Part shown: positions 1-9,782 of the stretch, piece after piece
How positions within the stretch are numbered: the first letter of the stretch is position 1
Layout: every line of letters starts with the position of its first letter
From: Candidatus Eiseniibacteriota bacterium
GTDB taxonomy: Bacteria; Eisenbacteria; RBG-16-71-46; JABDJR01
Reading direction: 5' to 3'
Assembly: GCA_963762255.1 (NCBI GenBank)
Contig: CAVXKA010000001.1
Span: 1,312,001 to 1,376,000, forward strand
DNA: 64,000 nt
Program-made: the position numbers and the translations under genes
The notes under the pieces: model-generated
Seen by the model: only the letters and a program-made list of their open reading frames with translations
What the model was told of the DNA's origin: nothing
Databases searched by the model: none

Positions 1-1168
1 CGAGTACCTGAACCTGCCCGTCGGAGCGCACCCCGAGTTCGACCTCCCGAGGCTCGAATACGCCCTCGCCGGTCCGCACGAACACGACCTGTCGCACGCC
101 TGAATCGAGCACGGCGTCTTCGGGGATGAGCATGCCCTCGGCGGAGTCCATCCCCAACTCGACGTTGGCATACATCCCGGGCTTGAGCGCGAAGTCGGGA
201 TTGGCCAGCTCCACCCGCACACGGAGCGTGCGCGTCGCGGGATCCAGGGTCGGGTAGACATAGCTCACGCGTCCCGTGTTTCGGAAAGCGGGGTCATACG
301 GGAGCGTGACGTCCGCAGTCTGACCCACGCGGATCAGCGACGCTTCCTGCTCGTATACCGCGGCGTCGACCCAGATCCGGGAGAGGTCGGAGATCGTGAA
401 GAGTGTCATGCCCGGCTCGACGCGGCTCCCCGCAAAGACATCCTTCGTCGTAACGAAGCCGCTCGTGGGAGCGTCCAGGGTCACCGTACGCTGCGCTTCG
501 CCCCCGGCATCCAATCGATCCAGGAGCTTGGCGGGAACGTCGAAGGAAAGGAGTCGTTCACGGGCCGATGTAACCAGATCGTCCGCCCCCTGGCGCACCT
601 CAGGAAGGCTTGACGCCGCGAATCGCACGGCGGCCCGCCGAGCGCGCACGTACTCGTCCTGACTCGCGACCAACTCGGGCGAGTACAGCGCCAGAAGTGG
701 ATCGCCCTTGCGCACGAACTGCCCGGTGAAGTCGACGGAAAGACCCTCCACCCAGCCGGATACCCTCGTGTGGACTTCGTGCGTGTGGGTCTCGTCGGCG
801 ACCACGGTCCCCACCGCGCGCACGGTGCGGCTCAAACTGCCGCGCACCGCGGGGGTCGTGCGGACGCCGGCCAGATTCAGCGCCTCGGCGCTCGCGTGAA
901 CGTCGGCATGCGTGGGGCGGGATGCCATCGCAGCGGCATGCGTCTCGTGGCTTTGCACCGCCGCATGCGTCGAGTCCGACACCGCTTTCGGGACCGGCAC
1001 GAGATCCATCCCGCAGATCGGGCACTGGCCCGGCCCATCCTGCACGTAGGTCGGATGCATCGGGCAGTGGTACTGCACGACATCTTTCGAACCGCCGCCG
1101 CAGGACGCGACCCACGGGAGCGCCAGGGCCAGAATGATGATGACGGTCCAGAGCGTGATGCGGCTCAT
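1..1168 (-). CDS. cusB: CusB/CzcB-like RND efflux periplasmic adaptor with N-terminal heavy-metal-binding domain (3' truncated by window edge)
   Basis: Manual translation from ATG 1168 (ATGA overlap with the TolC stop): lipoprotein signal (LPWVASC), YHCPMHP...GQCPICGMDL heavy-metal-binding motif, VRKGDPLLALYSPEL, SDLSRIWVDA, YPTLDPATRTLRVR and LKPGMY motifs typical of CusB. Confidence 0.9.
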   Translation of the reverse strand, partial: MSRITLWTVIIILALALPWVASCGGGSKDVVQYHCPMHPTYVQDGPGQCPICGMDLVPVPKAVSDSTHAAVQSHETHAAAMASRPTHADVHASAEALNLAGVRTTPAVRGSLSRTVRAVGTVVADETHTHEVHTRVSGWVEGLSVDFTGQFVRKGDPLLALYSPELVASQDEYVRARRAAVRFAASSLPEVRQGADDLVTSARERLLSFDVPAKLLDRLDAGGEAQRTVTLDAPTSGFVTTKDVFAGSRVEPGMTLFTISDLSRIWVDAAVYEQEASLIRVGQTADVTLPYDPAFRNTGRVSYVYPTLDPATRTLRVRVELANPDFALKPGMYANVELGMDSAEGMLIPEDAVLDSGVRQVVFVRTGEGVFEPREVELGVRSDGQVQVL

Positions 1169-2571
1169 TTCAAGCCTCCTTCCGCCCCGACTTCGGGCGC
1201 GGGCGCGGTCAACGCCTCAAAGCGGGCAAGCGCGACGAATCGATCGGCCTGTCGGCGGGCGAGCCCTGCTCGGGCTTCAAGCCACAGGTTCAGATCCTCG
1301 ATCACGGTGGAGAAGTCGCTGCGGCCGCCAAGGTAGGCGGATCGGGCGGCGTCGAAGGCAAGGCTGGTCTGCGGAACGACTGAATCCTCGTAACGCGTGA
1401 TCTGCTCTTCCGCGCGCGTGAAATCGGCGAGAACAATCGCTGCCTGCGCGCGCGCATCGGCCCGGGCGCCGCGCAGCTCCTGCCGGGACATGTCCAGCTC
1501 GGCGCGAGCCGCGCGGATCATGGGTTTCTGCTTGCTCCCGGACCAGAGCGGGATCTGCATGCCGACGCGGAGGTTCACGACCGGATCCAGGTCACCGCGG
1601 AACCCGATTCCCGCTCCGGCCATGAAGTCGGGGCGCGTGTCGATCTTCGCCGCGCGCAATCGCGCCTCGGCTGCGCTCACCCCCGCTTCACGCGTCGCCA
1701 CATCGCCTGCGCCATCGATGGCGAGGCTGTCCCAGTTCGCCGCCGGCGTGGCGGCGCGAGGGAGCGACGCCACGATTCCGAACGCAGCGTCCGCGGGAAG
1801 ATCGACCAGCCGGCTGAGTGAGGCCACCTCGATCGCCCGCTCGGCGGCGAGATCGCGCGCGCGCTCCTCCAGCCGCGACACCGCAAGCCGCGTCTTGAAC
1901 ACGGCCTCCTGATCGGCCTCGCCGACGCTCTGCCGTGCGATCACCGTCTCGGACAGGAGACCCAGAAGCTCCCGCCCTGCGTCGAGAGTGCCCGTCTCCT
2001 TGTCGAGCGCGTAGATCCGCGCGTAGATTTCCCGCACCTCGCGCGCGACCTCGCGGCGGAGCGTCTCGAGCTCGCGCTCGCTCACCCGCGCTTCCTCGCG
2101 CGCGACGGCGCGGCGCGCGCCCCGCTTGCCTGGGAAGGGGATGTCCTGCGAGATCTGCGGCCCGATCATCGACATCGGGATCTTCCCCACGGTCCAATCG
2201 GGGAATCCCTCGTTCTGAATCATGAGTTCGAGGATGGGGTCGGGCAGCGCACCCGCTGGGGCCACCATCTCATGAGCGGCGGTGGCCCTTGCGCGCATCG
2301 CCGCAATGGCGGGGGCGCGCCGAAGCGCCAACGCGACCAACTCATCGACCGGCGGCGCGACCTGCGCCGAGTCGAACGGCGCTCCCGGGTAGACGAGCGC
2401 CTCGACACGCACCGAATCAGGCGCGCCCGCCGCGCCCGCTGTGGCAAAGCCGCACAGCAAATAGCCGCACAGCAATAATATGTATGGCCAAACGATGTGT
2501 CTCACGGGAATTCCTCCGAAACGGAACACGCCAGACCGCTGTCCGCCGCGCGGAGCGACGGAGCCGGGCAC
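1165..2571 (-). CDS. TolC-family outer-membrane efflux protein (CusC/CzcC-like)
   Basis: 468-aa ORF with GALPDP and SQDIPFPGKR motifs, helical repeats and IPLW; directly upstream of cusB. Start codon uncertain. Confidence 0.88.
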   Translation of the reverse strand: MPGSVAPRGGQRSGVFRFGGIPVRHIVWPYILLLCGYLLCGFATAGAAGAPDSVRVEALVYPGAPFDSAQVAPPVDELVALALRRAPAIAAMRARATAAHEMVAPAGALPDPILELMIQNEGFPDWTVGKIPMSMIGPQISQDIPFPGKRGARRAVAREEARVSERELETLRREVAREVREIYARIYALDKETGTLDAGRELLGLLSETVIARQSVGEADQEAVFKTRLAVSRLEERARDLAAERAIEVASLSRLVDLPADAAFGIVASLPRAATPAANWDSLAIDGAGDVATREAGVSAAEARLRAAKIDTRPDFMAGAGIGFRGDLDPVVNLRVGMQIPLWSGSKQKPMIRAARAELDMSRQELRGARADARAQAAIVLADFTRAEEQITRYEDSVVPQTSLAFDAARSAYLGGRSDFSTVIEDLNLWLEARAGLARRQADRFVALARFEALTAPAPEVGAEGGLK

Positions 2572-2592
2572 ACTTCGCCCTTCGATCGGGTT

Positions 2593-2928
2593 CTAGTTCA
2601 GGAAAGATCCGTTGAGGAGGAAGAGCGGGGTGGGGGACGCCGCGAGGGGGCGATCCGCCAGGGGGGAGTGTTCGAAGACTGCGATCGAGCAGGCGAGGGT
2701 CGTTTCCACCGAGACCGGGAGAAGCCCCGGATCGGCCTGCTGAACCTGCGGGGCCTCGCCCTGCGCCTTGGCCGGGATCTCCTTGCCGGTGCAGCAGCAC
2801 GTGGCGGACGTCATCTGGACCGTACAGGCGCAGTGGTGGTCCTTCTGGGTCGTACACGCGGCCACGGCGGGGCGCGCCGGTGCGAGCGCCGCCAATGCCA
2901 GCATGGTTACGATCAGCCGTCGAATCAT
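2593..2928 (-). CDS. Small Cys/His-rich exported protein / candidate leader ORF of the metal-efflux operon
   Basis: 111 aa: signal-like N-terminus, HHCAC...CCC cluster, C-terminal PTPLFLLNGSFLN; same strand and immediately upstream of tolC. Confidence 0.7.
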   Translation of the reverse strand: MIRRLIVTMLALAALAPARPAVAACTTQKDHHCACTVQMTSATCCCTGKEIPAKAQGEAPQVQQADPGLLPVSVETTLACSIAVFEHSPLADRPLAASPTPLFLLNGSFLN

Positions 2929-3077
2929 GATGCCGCCAAGGTTACGGATTACCGCCGGTCGAAGTCAATCGAAGAGGCCCGGCGGGGAGGAGCCACTGGG
3001 CTTCATACCGGGCTGCCGGCCGGTTGTTCCCCGAGTATCGGCATGGAGCCCCAAGAACCTTCATTTGGTCGTCCCGC

Positions 3078-4082
3078 CTACCTGAAGACCGGCGCCTGCA
3101 CCATTACGGGCCGGTGGTCGGACAGGTTGTTGTAGCTCCCGACGACCGAATCGAGCCGCAGGGTGGTGATGCGCCCGCCGGAGAAGTCCGGGCAGGCGGC
3201 GCGGTTGACCAGCAGATGGTCGATCACGGTGCCCCCGGACGAAATGTACGATGCGTACCCCGGCAGTGCGACCAGCGGCGTGTCCAGGAATTGAAAGTCG
3301 TCCGGATTGCTGATGAAATCGGGGAACGAGCTGAAGTCGATGGAATCCTCGATCTGGTCGTTCCAGTCGCCGGCGATCATGTAGTTGGCGGTGGAGTCGA
3401 TGCCGGCCTGCTGATCGAGGTACTGCTTGAGGGCGGCGCTGGCTGCCCGGCGGCGCTGGAGCGATTCCGCGTCACCCGAAGCCTTCAAGTGCACGATGAT
3501 GAGGTGCAGATCATAGGCGTGACCGTTGGATGTGATCGTCAAGTCCGCCTGGAGCGGGGATCTTGGGAATGCGAACTCGTAGTTCGTGAAGAGAAGGCGG
3601 GTGGAGCGCACCCTCACCTGGTCTTTTCGATACATGAAGCCGGGTCGCTGGTAATTGCAGCCTCGGACTTCGGGCGAAGAGATGCCTCCATAGCCGGGGC
3701 AGAGGGCGACCATCTGGTTGAAACCGGTGGTGTCCGAGATCTCCTCGATGGCGATGATGTCGAGCCCGAGAGCGTTAATGATGGTCGCGGCCGCCTGCTC
3801 CCGCCTCACATCCACGGGATGGGGGCAGTCGTAGTCTCCGGGCAGGTCCAGCGGGAAGAACGCCAGGTTCCAGGTTGCAATATCGAGCGTGGTGTCGGTC
3901 CCCACGCGAACCAGGCCGTTGGATAGCGGATTAAAGAAGGTCAGCGGGGTGCCGCAGGCTCCGCCGGACACCGGTGGCGTGTCCGGGTCCAGGGAACCCG
4001 GAGCGGAGCAGCCCGCCAGCCACATCAGGATTGCCGACAGGCTCAGAAGTCTCTTTGCCGTCCCACGTTGCATGATGATCAC
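3078..4082 (-). CDS. Endonuclease/exonuclease/phosphatase (DNase I-like) family lipoprotein
   Basis: IATWNL, DIIAIEEI, VHLKA, AGDWND, IDHLLV and LSDHRPV catalytic motifs; LAGC lipobox. Confidence 0.9.
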   Translation of the reverse strand: MIIMQRGTAKRLLSLSAILMWLAGCSAPGSLDPDTPPVSGGACGTPLTFFNPLSNGLVRVGTDTTLDIATWNLAFFPLDLPGDYDCPHPVDVRREQAAATIINALGLDIIAIEEISDTTGFNQMVALCPGYGGISSPEVRGCNYQRPGFMYRKDQVRVRSTRLLFTNYEFAFPRSPLQADLTITSNGHAYDLHLIIVHLKASGDAESLQRRRAASAALKQYLDQQAGIDSTANYMIAGDWNDQIEDSIDFSSFPDFISNPDDFQFLDTPLVALPGYASYISSGGTVIDHLLVNRAACPDFSGGRITTLRLDSVVGSYNNLSDHRPVMVQAPVFR

Positions 4083-4259
4083 GATCCTGTTCTCCCGGGG
4101 TGTTGATTCAGAGGTACACCATCATACACGGTGGTCGCACGATCCGATCCGGTTCAGCCATGGTATGATTATGTTTCGTGCCTATCATCGGCCTCGCCCC
4201 GATCGAATAGAGGCGGTCTGGGCCGTCGAGACGATCCGTCTCCGTGGGGGGGTCCGCTC

Positions 4260-5546
4260 ATGCGATCACGCTTCCTCTCATGTCTTGCCTTCTCTGTCCT
4301 ACTTCTCCTTACGGCCGCGCCGGTTGCGTCCGCCACCGTTCGCTTCGTGAACCCGGACGGGCTATGCGGCACGAGTGTCCCCTGTTACACGAATCTCCAG
4401 GACGCCATCACCTCGTCCGTGAACGGCGACGTCATCCAGGTCCAACCCGGGCTCTATGTACTCGCGGCGCCGGTGGATGTGGTGGTGGAGGTCACGATCC
4501 TCGGTCCTCAGGCCAACGTGAATCCCCTCCCGAGCCGCGGGAGTCTCCGCGTTCCGGGCGACACGTCCACGGAAGCGGTCTTCGACGGCCTTGGGTTGGT
4601 GGCACCCATGGTCCGCATTGTCTCGTCGAACGTCGAGATCAATGGGCTGGAGTTCAGGAACGGCAGCGGCGACATGGTTGTCTCCGAGGTGGGGACACCC
4701 ACGTCGGACGTCATCCTGCGCAACAACATCATTCACGATTCAAGCGGCGACGAGGGCGTTCAACTGCGCGCGGTAGCGGGTGCGGTCGTCGAGTGCAACC
4801 ATGTCTACGCGACCGCGGGGGACGGCATCAATCTCTGCTGCGGATCCACCGACGGGAGCATCCGGTTCAACGAAGTGCACGACATCCAGTCTCCGGATGC
4901 CGCGATCTACGTCTACGATGCGACGGGGACCACCATCGAGGGGAACCTCGTCTACGTCACAACCAGCAACGACGGAATCAAGCTGGGCAGCAAGAACGGA
5001 GACGACGCTGCGAAGAGCGGCGGCACGATACTCAACAACACCGTCCAAAACACCGCACAGGACGGAATCGCCGTGTATATGAGCAGTACGACGGTGCGAT
5101 GCAACGAGGTGTCCGGCAGCACGAGCGAGAACGGCGGGATCTACGCGGCCTGGGGCATCTCCGACGTCGCCATCCTGGACAACGAGGTCCACGACAATTC
5201 CTTCAACACAGGGAAATGGGGCGACCCGGCCGGGATCATGATCGGCACGGGGGTCAATCTCACCACCGTGACGGTCACGAACAACCGGATCGAGAACAAC
5301 AGCCCCAACGGGATCACCAACAAGGCGGCCGGCATCCTTGCTGCGACGAACAACTGGTGGGGTGATTCCAGCGGGCCGAGCGGAGCCGGCTCCGGGACCG
5401 GAGACGCCGTGTCGACCAACGTCGACTACTCAGCGTGGCTCTTCACCGCGCCCTCGCCGAGCTGCCCGCCGATCGGGGAGTGTGGCGAGGGTTCGATTCC
5501 GGTCGAGGCTGTCAGTTGGGGACGGATCAAGAGCCGGTATCGCTGA
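4260..5546 (+). CDS. Secreted right-handed parallel beta-helix protein with C-terminal SWGRIK tail
   Basis: Signal peptide from ATG 4260, TNLQDAI...GDVIQVQPG cap, Asn-rich beta-helix repeats, ATNNWWG motif; ends VEAVSWGRIKSRYR. Confidence 0.85.
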   Translation: MRSRFLSCLAFSVLLLLTAAPVASATVRFVNPDGLCGTSVPCYTNLQDAITSSVNGDVIQVQPGLYVLAAPVDVVVEVTILGPQANVNPLPSRGSLRVPGDTSTEAVFDGLGLVAPMVRIVSSNVEINGLEFRNGSGDMVVSEVGTPTSDVILRNNIIHDSSGDEGVQLRAVAGAVVECNHVYATAGDGINLCCGSTDGSIRFNEVHDIQSPDAAIYVYDATGTTIEGNLVYVTTSNDGIKLGSKNGDDAAKSGGTILNNTVQNTAQDGIAVYMSSTTVRCNEVSGSTSENGGIYAAWGISDVAILDNEVHDNSFNTGKWGDPAGIMIGTGVNLTTVTVTNNRIENNSPNGITNKAAGILAATNNWWGDSSGPSGAGSGTGDAVSTNVDYSAWLFTAPSPSCPPIGECGEGSIPVEAVSWGRIKSRYR

Positions 5547-5630
5547 GCTCCTGCCCTGCTCTCCGGCGCCGGACATTGATGGTGTCGGTCGTTCCTGCCG
5601 ATAACTCCGGTTTGACCCGGAGGATGATCC

Positions 5631-6869
5631 ATGAAGATTCCGCTTCCAGTCTTGTTGAGCGCCTCCGTCCTCGAGCTCCTGGGCCTCATGGTCCCCCGCG
5701 CGATTGAAGCTCAAGACACGCTCTATGTTCCGAGCGCGTACACCCTGCCCGGGGCTATCGAACACTCGGTGGCCTACCACACGGTGATCGTGATCGCGCC
5801 GGGGACGTACGATATTTCGGGACTCGTCATCCCCGCCAATAAGAACCGCATCGTATTGCGCAGCGCCGGCGGAGAAGCGCCGAGCGTGATCCTCGACGCC
5901 GGCGGCACGGTCGGCCTGACCTGCCAGGGGGACGCCGTGCTTCTCGGCCTTACCTTCCGCAACGGGGGCGCACTGGAAGGCGGATTCGGCGGAGGGCTTC
6001 TCATCGACAACGCGTCGCCCACGGTCACCACCTGCCGGTTCGAGGACAACCACGCACCGCTCGGCGGGGGCGGGGTCACCGTGAAGGGGTACCTTTCACG
6101 CCCCGTGTTCAGCGACTGCGTCTTCACCGAGAACACCGCCGTCAACCACGGCGCCGGGGTGTGGGTCTTCGATGGTTCGCCCGACTTCGTCGATTGTCTC
6201 TTCGAGCGGAACGAGACACTGTCCGACTTCACCGTCGAGGATGGTGGCGGCGCGGTCTCCGTTGCCAGCGTAGCCAGCGCGGATTTCACGCGCTGCCGGT
6301 TCTTAGAGAACACCGCCGCGCGCGGCGGCGCGCTCTACGCGCTCTCATCGGTGAATCTCGTCGATTGCATCTTCTACGGCAACACCGCCAAGTGGGACGC
6401 GGGGGCGGTGCGGCTGCGCAGCAGCCGCGTCTTCGCAAAGGTGCAGGGGTGCACTTTCGACGGCAACGGTGCGCCGGTGGGCGGCGCGATTGTCATAGAC
6501 TACTCGGCGCAAGTAGACATTTCCCGAACGCTGGTGACCGGGGGAACCGACGGCGAGGCCATTCACTGCGAGCCCGGCGTAGCGATGACCATCACCTGCT
6601 CCGACCTCGTCGGCAACGCCGAGGGGGATTGGGTGGGGGCGTACCTGGAGGGTCGGCTCGGTGTGGACGGGAACATATCGGCTGCACCCGAGTTCTGTTC
6701 TTCGGATCCGGCGACGGAACGGAACTGGGACATCTCCGGGAACTCTCCCTGCGCGCCCGGGCACACGGATTGCGGGCGCATCGGGGCTGGGAATGTGACC
6801 TGTGGACCCGATCCGGTCCTGCCGTCGACTTGGGGTCGGGTCAAGCAGCGGTATCTGGACCCGCGGTAG
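5631..6869 (+). CDS. Secreted right-handed beta-helix (Pmp-like GGA repeat) protein with C-terminal TWGRVK tail
   Basis: GGAGG RBS; repeated FxxNxA..GG[AG] motifs; GNISAAPEFC...SPC...IGA terminal module; ends VLPSTWGRVKQRYLDPR. Confidence 0.85.
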   Translation: MKIPLPVLLSASVLELLGLMVPRAIEAQDTLYVPSAYTLPGAIEHSVAYHTVIVIAPGTYDISGLVIPANKNRIVLRSAGGEAPSVILDAGGTVGLTCQGDAVLLGLTFRNGGALEGGFGGGLLIDNASPTVTTCRFEDNHAPLGGGGVTVKGYLSRPVFSDCVFTENTAVNHGAGVWVFDGSPDFVDCLFERNETLSDFTVEDGGGAVSVASVASADFTRCRFLENTAARGGALYALSSVNLVDCIFYGNTAKWDAGAVRLRSSRVFAKVQGCTFDGNGAPVGGAIVIDYSAQVDISRTLVTGGTDGEAIHCEPGVAMTITCSDLVGNAEGDWVGAYLEGRLGVDGNISAAPEFCSSDPATERNWDISGNSPCAPGHTDCGRIGAGNVTCGPDPVLPSTWGRVKQRYLDPR

Positions 6870-6975
6870 CGCAGAGCGGGCGGAGGAGCGGCTGCCAGCT
6901 CAGGTCTGGTAGATTTGATCGCGGGTGGCGTCCCGGTCCACGAGTCGACCGTAGTAGGGCGAAAGGAGATCATCC

Positions 6976-7833
6976 ATGCGCTGGCAAATGGGCCGCAGAA
7001 GCGCGAACGTGGAAGACCGGCGGGGGATGTCCGGCCGGGGAATGATCGGCATTGGCGGGGGAGGCCTCGTCGTCCTCGCGCTGATCGCCCTCCTGACCGG
7101 CACGGATCCGCGCGAGCTGATCGAGGGGTTGGCGCCCACGGGTGAGATGGCCGGACCGTCGGGCTCAGCGGTCGAGTTCAGCGCCGCGGAACAGGAACTG
7201 GCCGACTTCTCCTCGGTCGTGCTCGCCGACACCGAGGACACTTGGCGCGTGCTCTTCGAGCGAATGGGGGAGACCTACAGGGAACCCACGCTCGTCCTCT
7301 ACTCGGGCGCCGTGCAGTCGGCTTGCGGGTTCGCGCAGGCAGCGGTGGGGCCGTTCTACTGCGCGGGCGACGAGAAGGTGTACCTGGACCTGGGCTTCTT
7401 TGAAGACCTGCGGTCGCAATACGAAGCGCCGGGCGACTTCGCCCAAGCCTATGTCATCGCCCACGAGATCGGACATCACGTGCAGCGCCTGCTCGGAATC
7501 ATGGATCAGGTGAACTCCGTCCGCAGTCGTGCGAGCGAGGAAGAAGCCAACGATCTGTCCGTGCGCCTCGAGCTGCAGGCCGATTTCCTTGCCGGCGTCT
7601 GGGCGCATCATGCGCAGGAGTCTCGGCAGGTATTGGAGCAGGGCGACATCGAGGAAGCGCTGAGGGCGGCGAGCCAGATCGGCGATGACCGGCTTCAAAT
7701 GGAGGCGCAAGGGTACGTGGTGCCGGATGCGTTCACCCACGGCACCTCGGAGCAGCGCGCACGCTGGTTCCTTCGTGGGTATCAGACGGGGGATGTCTCC
7801 CAGGGGGACACGTTCAGCGCGTCCGCGCTTTGA
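6976..7833 (+). CDS. ypfJ: YpfJ-family neutral zinc metallopeptidase
   Basis: MRW...NVEDRRG start, GPFYC, GDFAQAYVIAHEIGHHVQ, ELQADFLAGVW, IGDD, FTHGTSEQR. Confidence 0.93.
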   Translation: MRWQMGRRSANVEDRRGMSGRGMIGIGGGGLVVLALIALLTGTDPRELIEGLAPTGEMAGPSGSAVEFSAAEQELADFSSVVLADTEDTWRVLFERMGETYREPTLVLYSGAVQSACGFAQAAVGPFYCAGDEKVYLDLGFFEDLRSQYEAPGDFAQAYVIAHEIGHHVQRLLGIMDQVNSVRSRASEEEANDLSVRLELQADFLAGVWAHHAQESRQVLEQGDIEEALRAASQIGDDRLQMEAQGYVVPDAFTHGTSEQRARWFLRGYQTGDVSQGDTFSASAL

Positions 7834-7876
7834 AACCGGGCCCGAGTACCCGAGTACCCCAGAGTTTCGCGGCTGG

Positions 7877-8878
7877 CTATCGAGGAGCCAACTTCTCCTC
7901 GAACCACGCGACCACTTCCCGTGAGGCCCGCTCGCCGGTCTCCGGCTGATAGCCATCCGATCCGCGAAACTCATGCCCGGTGCCGGGGATCGCGATTCGG
8001 CGGCACTCGACTCCGACCCGCGCCAGGGCCACGCACACCGACTCACTGGGTTCGGTGATGAACGGGAAGTCCTCGGTTCCGTGAATGATGAGGCACGGAG
8101 GGTCGTCGGACGATATGTGGTGGCGCAGCGACAGCGAGTCGAGGACCGATATTTCAATCTGCAGGGCGGGCAGGTTGGCGATCAGTTCCGGGAATCGCTC
8201 GGCGTCCGAGGCCAGATCGAATCCGGCCGGGTAGTAGGCCGCCACCGCCCGGACCCAGCTTGCTCTATCCGGAGCCTCGACCGCTTCTGCCGCTCCCTCT
8301 TCACCGGTCAGAGCGGTCTTGAGCGCCAGGTATCCTCCCGCGCTCGCCCCCCACAAGCCCATACGGTTGGGGTCCACACCGAACTCGGCAGCATTGTCGT
8401 GGATGAATCGGACCGCGTCGCGCACGTCGGCGACCATCTCGGGGAGTTTGAACCATGGGCTCCCGCCGTGCCGAACGTCGAAGACCGTGAACCCGGCATC
8501 GAGCAGGGGAGCGAAGCTGAACTGGGCGAGCAGGGGTATGGTCTCAGACTGTCCTTCCAGGTGAAGCTCAGCGGGCGATAGGAAACGGTATTCGTCCCGT
8601 GAGGTGGTCTCATACTGACGCAACTGGCCGGAGACGAAGCCCCCGCTGTTGACGAAGATCACGGCGGGGCCGCCGGCTACGGCCGGACGGTAGACATCGA
8701 AGGTCAGCGCCAACCCTGCCTTGTGGCCGTAGACCACATCCGGCGTGATGCGGATGCCGCCGGGCGGCGACCCTCCCGGCGGCCGTCGTTCCTCTTCCGC
8801 GGGCGCGGAACAAGCGGACAAACCAAAGCCGAGAGTCAGGCCTACCAGGATCCACGACGCCGAGAGTCGAGCCCCCAT
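7877..8878 (-). CDS. Alpha/beta hydrolase (esterase/lipase-like) lipoprotein
   Basis: LSAC lipobox; GASAGG nucleophile motif, IIHGTED, PGTGH; VNSGGF in place of HGGG. Confidence 0.85.
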   Translation of the reverse strand: MGARLSASWILVGLTLGFGLSACSAPAEEERRPPGGSPPGGIRITPDVVYGHKAGLALTFDVYRPAVAGGPAVIFVNSGGFVSGQLRQYETTSRDEYRFLSPAELHLEGQSETIPLLAQFSFAPLLDAGFTVFDVRHGGSPWFKLPEMVADVRDAVRFIHDNAAEFGVDPNRMGLWGASAGGYLALKTALTGEEGAAEAVEAPDRASWVRAVAAYYPAGFDLASDAERFPELIANLPALQIEISVLDSLSLRHHISSDDPPCLIIHGTEDFPFITEPSESVCVALARVGVECRRIAIPGTGHEFRGSDGYQPETGERASREVVAWFEEKLAPR

Positions 8879-9163
8879 GACGACGCCCCTCCCTATGCTC
8901 ACGGTGAGATGAGTCTGGCCTCATTTCGATGCGACCGCCACGGGTTTCCGCAACCGTCCCTTTTCCGGAGCCCACAAGAGCGGCTGGTTCCATGCGCGTG
9001 AATACGGACAGAATCTATCCTACTTCCGGCTCATGTCCGCGAAGCGGTTAATGGATGGAACCATGGTGAGCCAATCCGGGTTATGCTGGCCAGAAACGCG
9101 CGCGGGGTTGAGAGCCTCCTGATGAGAGACACGTTCGACCGGATGGACGTTTGGGGAGGTGAG

Positions 9164-9745
9164 ATGAGTGGCTACTTCGTTCGGCGGCGCGCTCGCCGAC
9201 CTCACAAAGCAAGGTCATCTCAAGCCGTAAGAGCTGCGATCGGGATCTCCGGCTTGCTCATGACGGTTGGACTTCCGTTGGGCTGCGATGACGCGCCGGG
9301 CACGATTGATATTCTGGTGCGTCTGGAACTCCTGGGCGACGGACATGGCGGCCTGCTAGCTCGATCCGTTGTCCGCAACACCGGGAATATCTCGGTGAAG
9401 TACTTCCATGACTGTTGGTCTCGCGGTGCCAATCTCACGTTGCAGAGCTGCGGTGGGACCTATGTGCTGCTGTCCGATCCATGCAACCCCTTCCCAGGAG
9501 TGCCTTGCCAAGGAGGGGAGGAGCTCCTGGAGCCGCAACAGGAACTTGCACGCGAGATGGCTATTCCTGGCTCCATCTGGACGGAGACCTGCGAGCGTGT
9601 GCCGATGCCAACCGGCTGCTACGAGGTAACTGCCGATTTCGCCTATTGGGGCGACTTGGAACCGCCCGCCGTTCGCGAGACGGCCAGTCGACGCGTCAGA
9701 TTCACCTGGGAATCACCCAGCACAACCGTAGGAGCGACGGAATGA
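9164..9745 (+). CDS. Hypothetical exported (lipo)protein, probable Ig-like fold
   Basis: GGAGGT RBS before ATG 9164; hydrophobic segment ending LGC; VRNTG...PTGCYEV pattern; several Cys. Confidence 0.55.
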   Translation: MSGYFVRRRARRPHKARSSQAVRAAIGISGLLMTVGLPLGCDDAPGTIDILVRLELLGDGHGGLLARSVVRNTGNISVKYFHDCWSRGANLTLQSCGGTYVLLSDPCNPFPGVPCQGGEELLEPQQELAREMAIPGSIWTETCERVPMPTGCYEVTADFAYWGDLEPPAVRETASRRVRFTWESPSTTVGATE

Positions 9746-9782
9746 GCGCGGCGCGATGGCAATCAGCTTGGGAGGTGTTTCC

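Noticed and set aside
7841-7866. CCCGAGTA direct repeat between convergent genes
   Set aside because: Only two exact 8-bp copies; could be chance and has no similarity to the larger repeat family.
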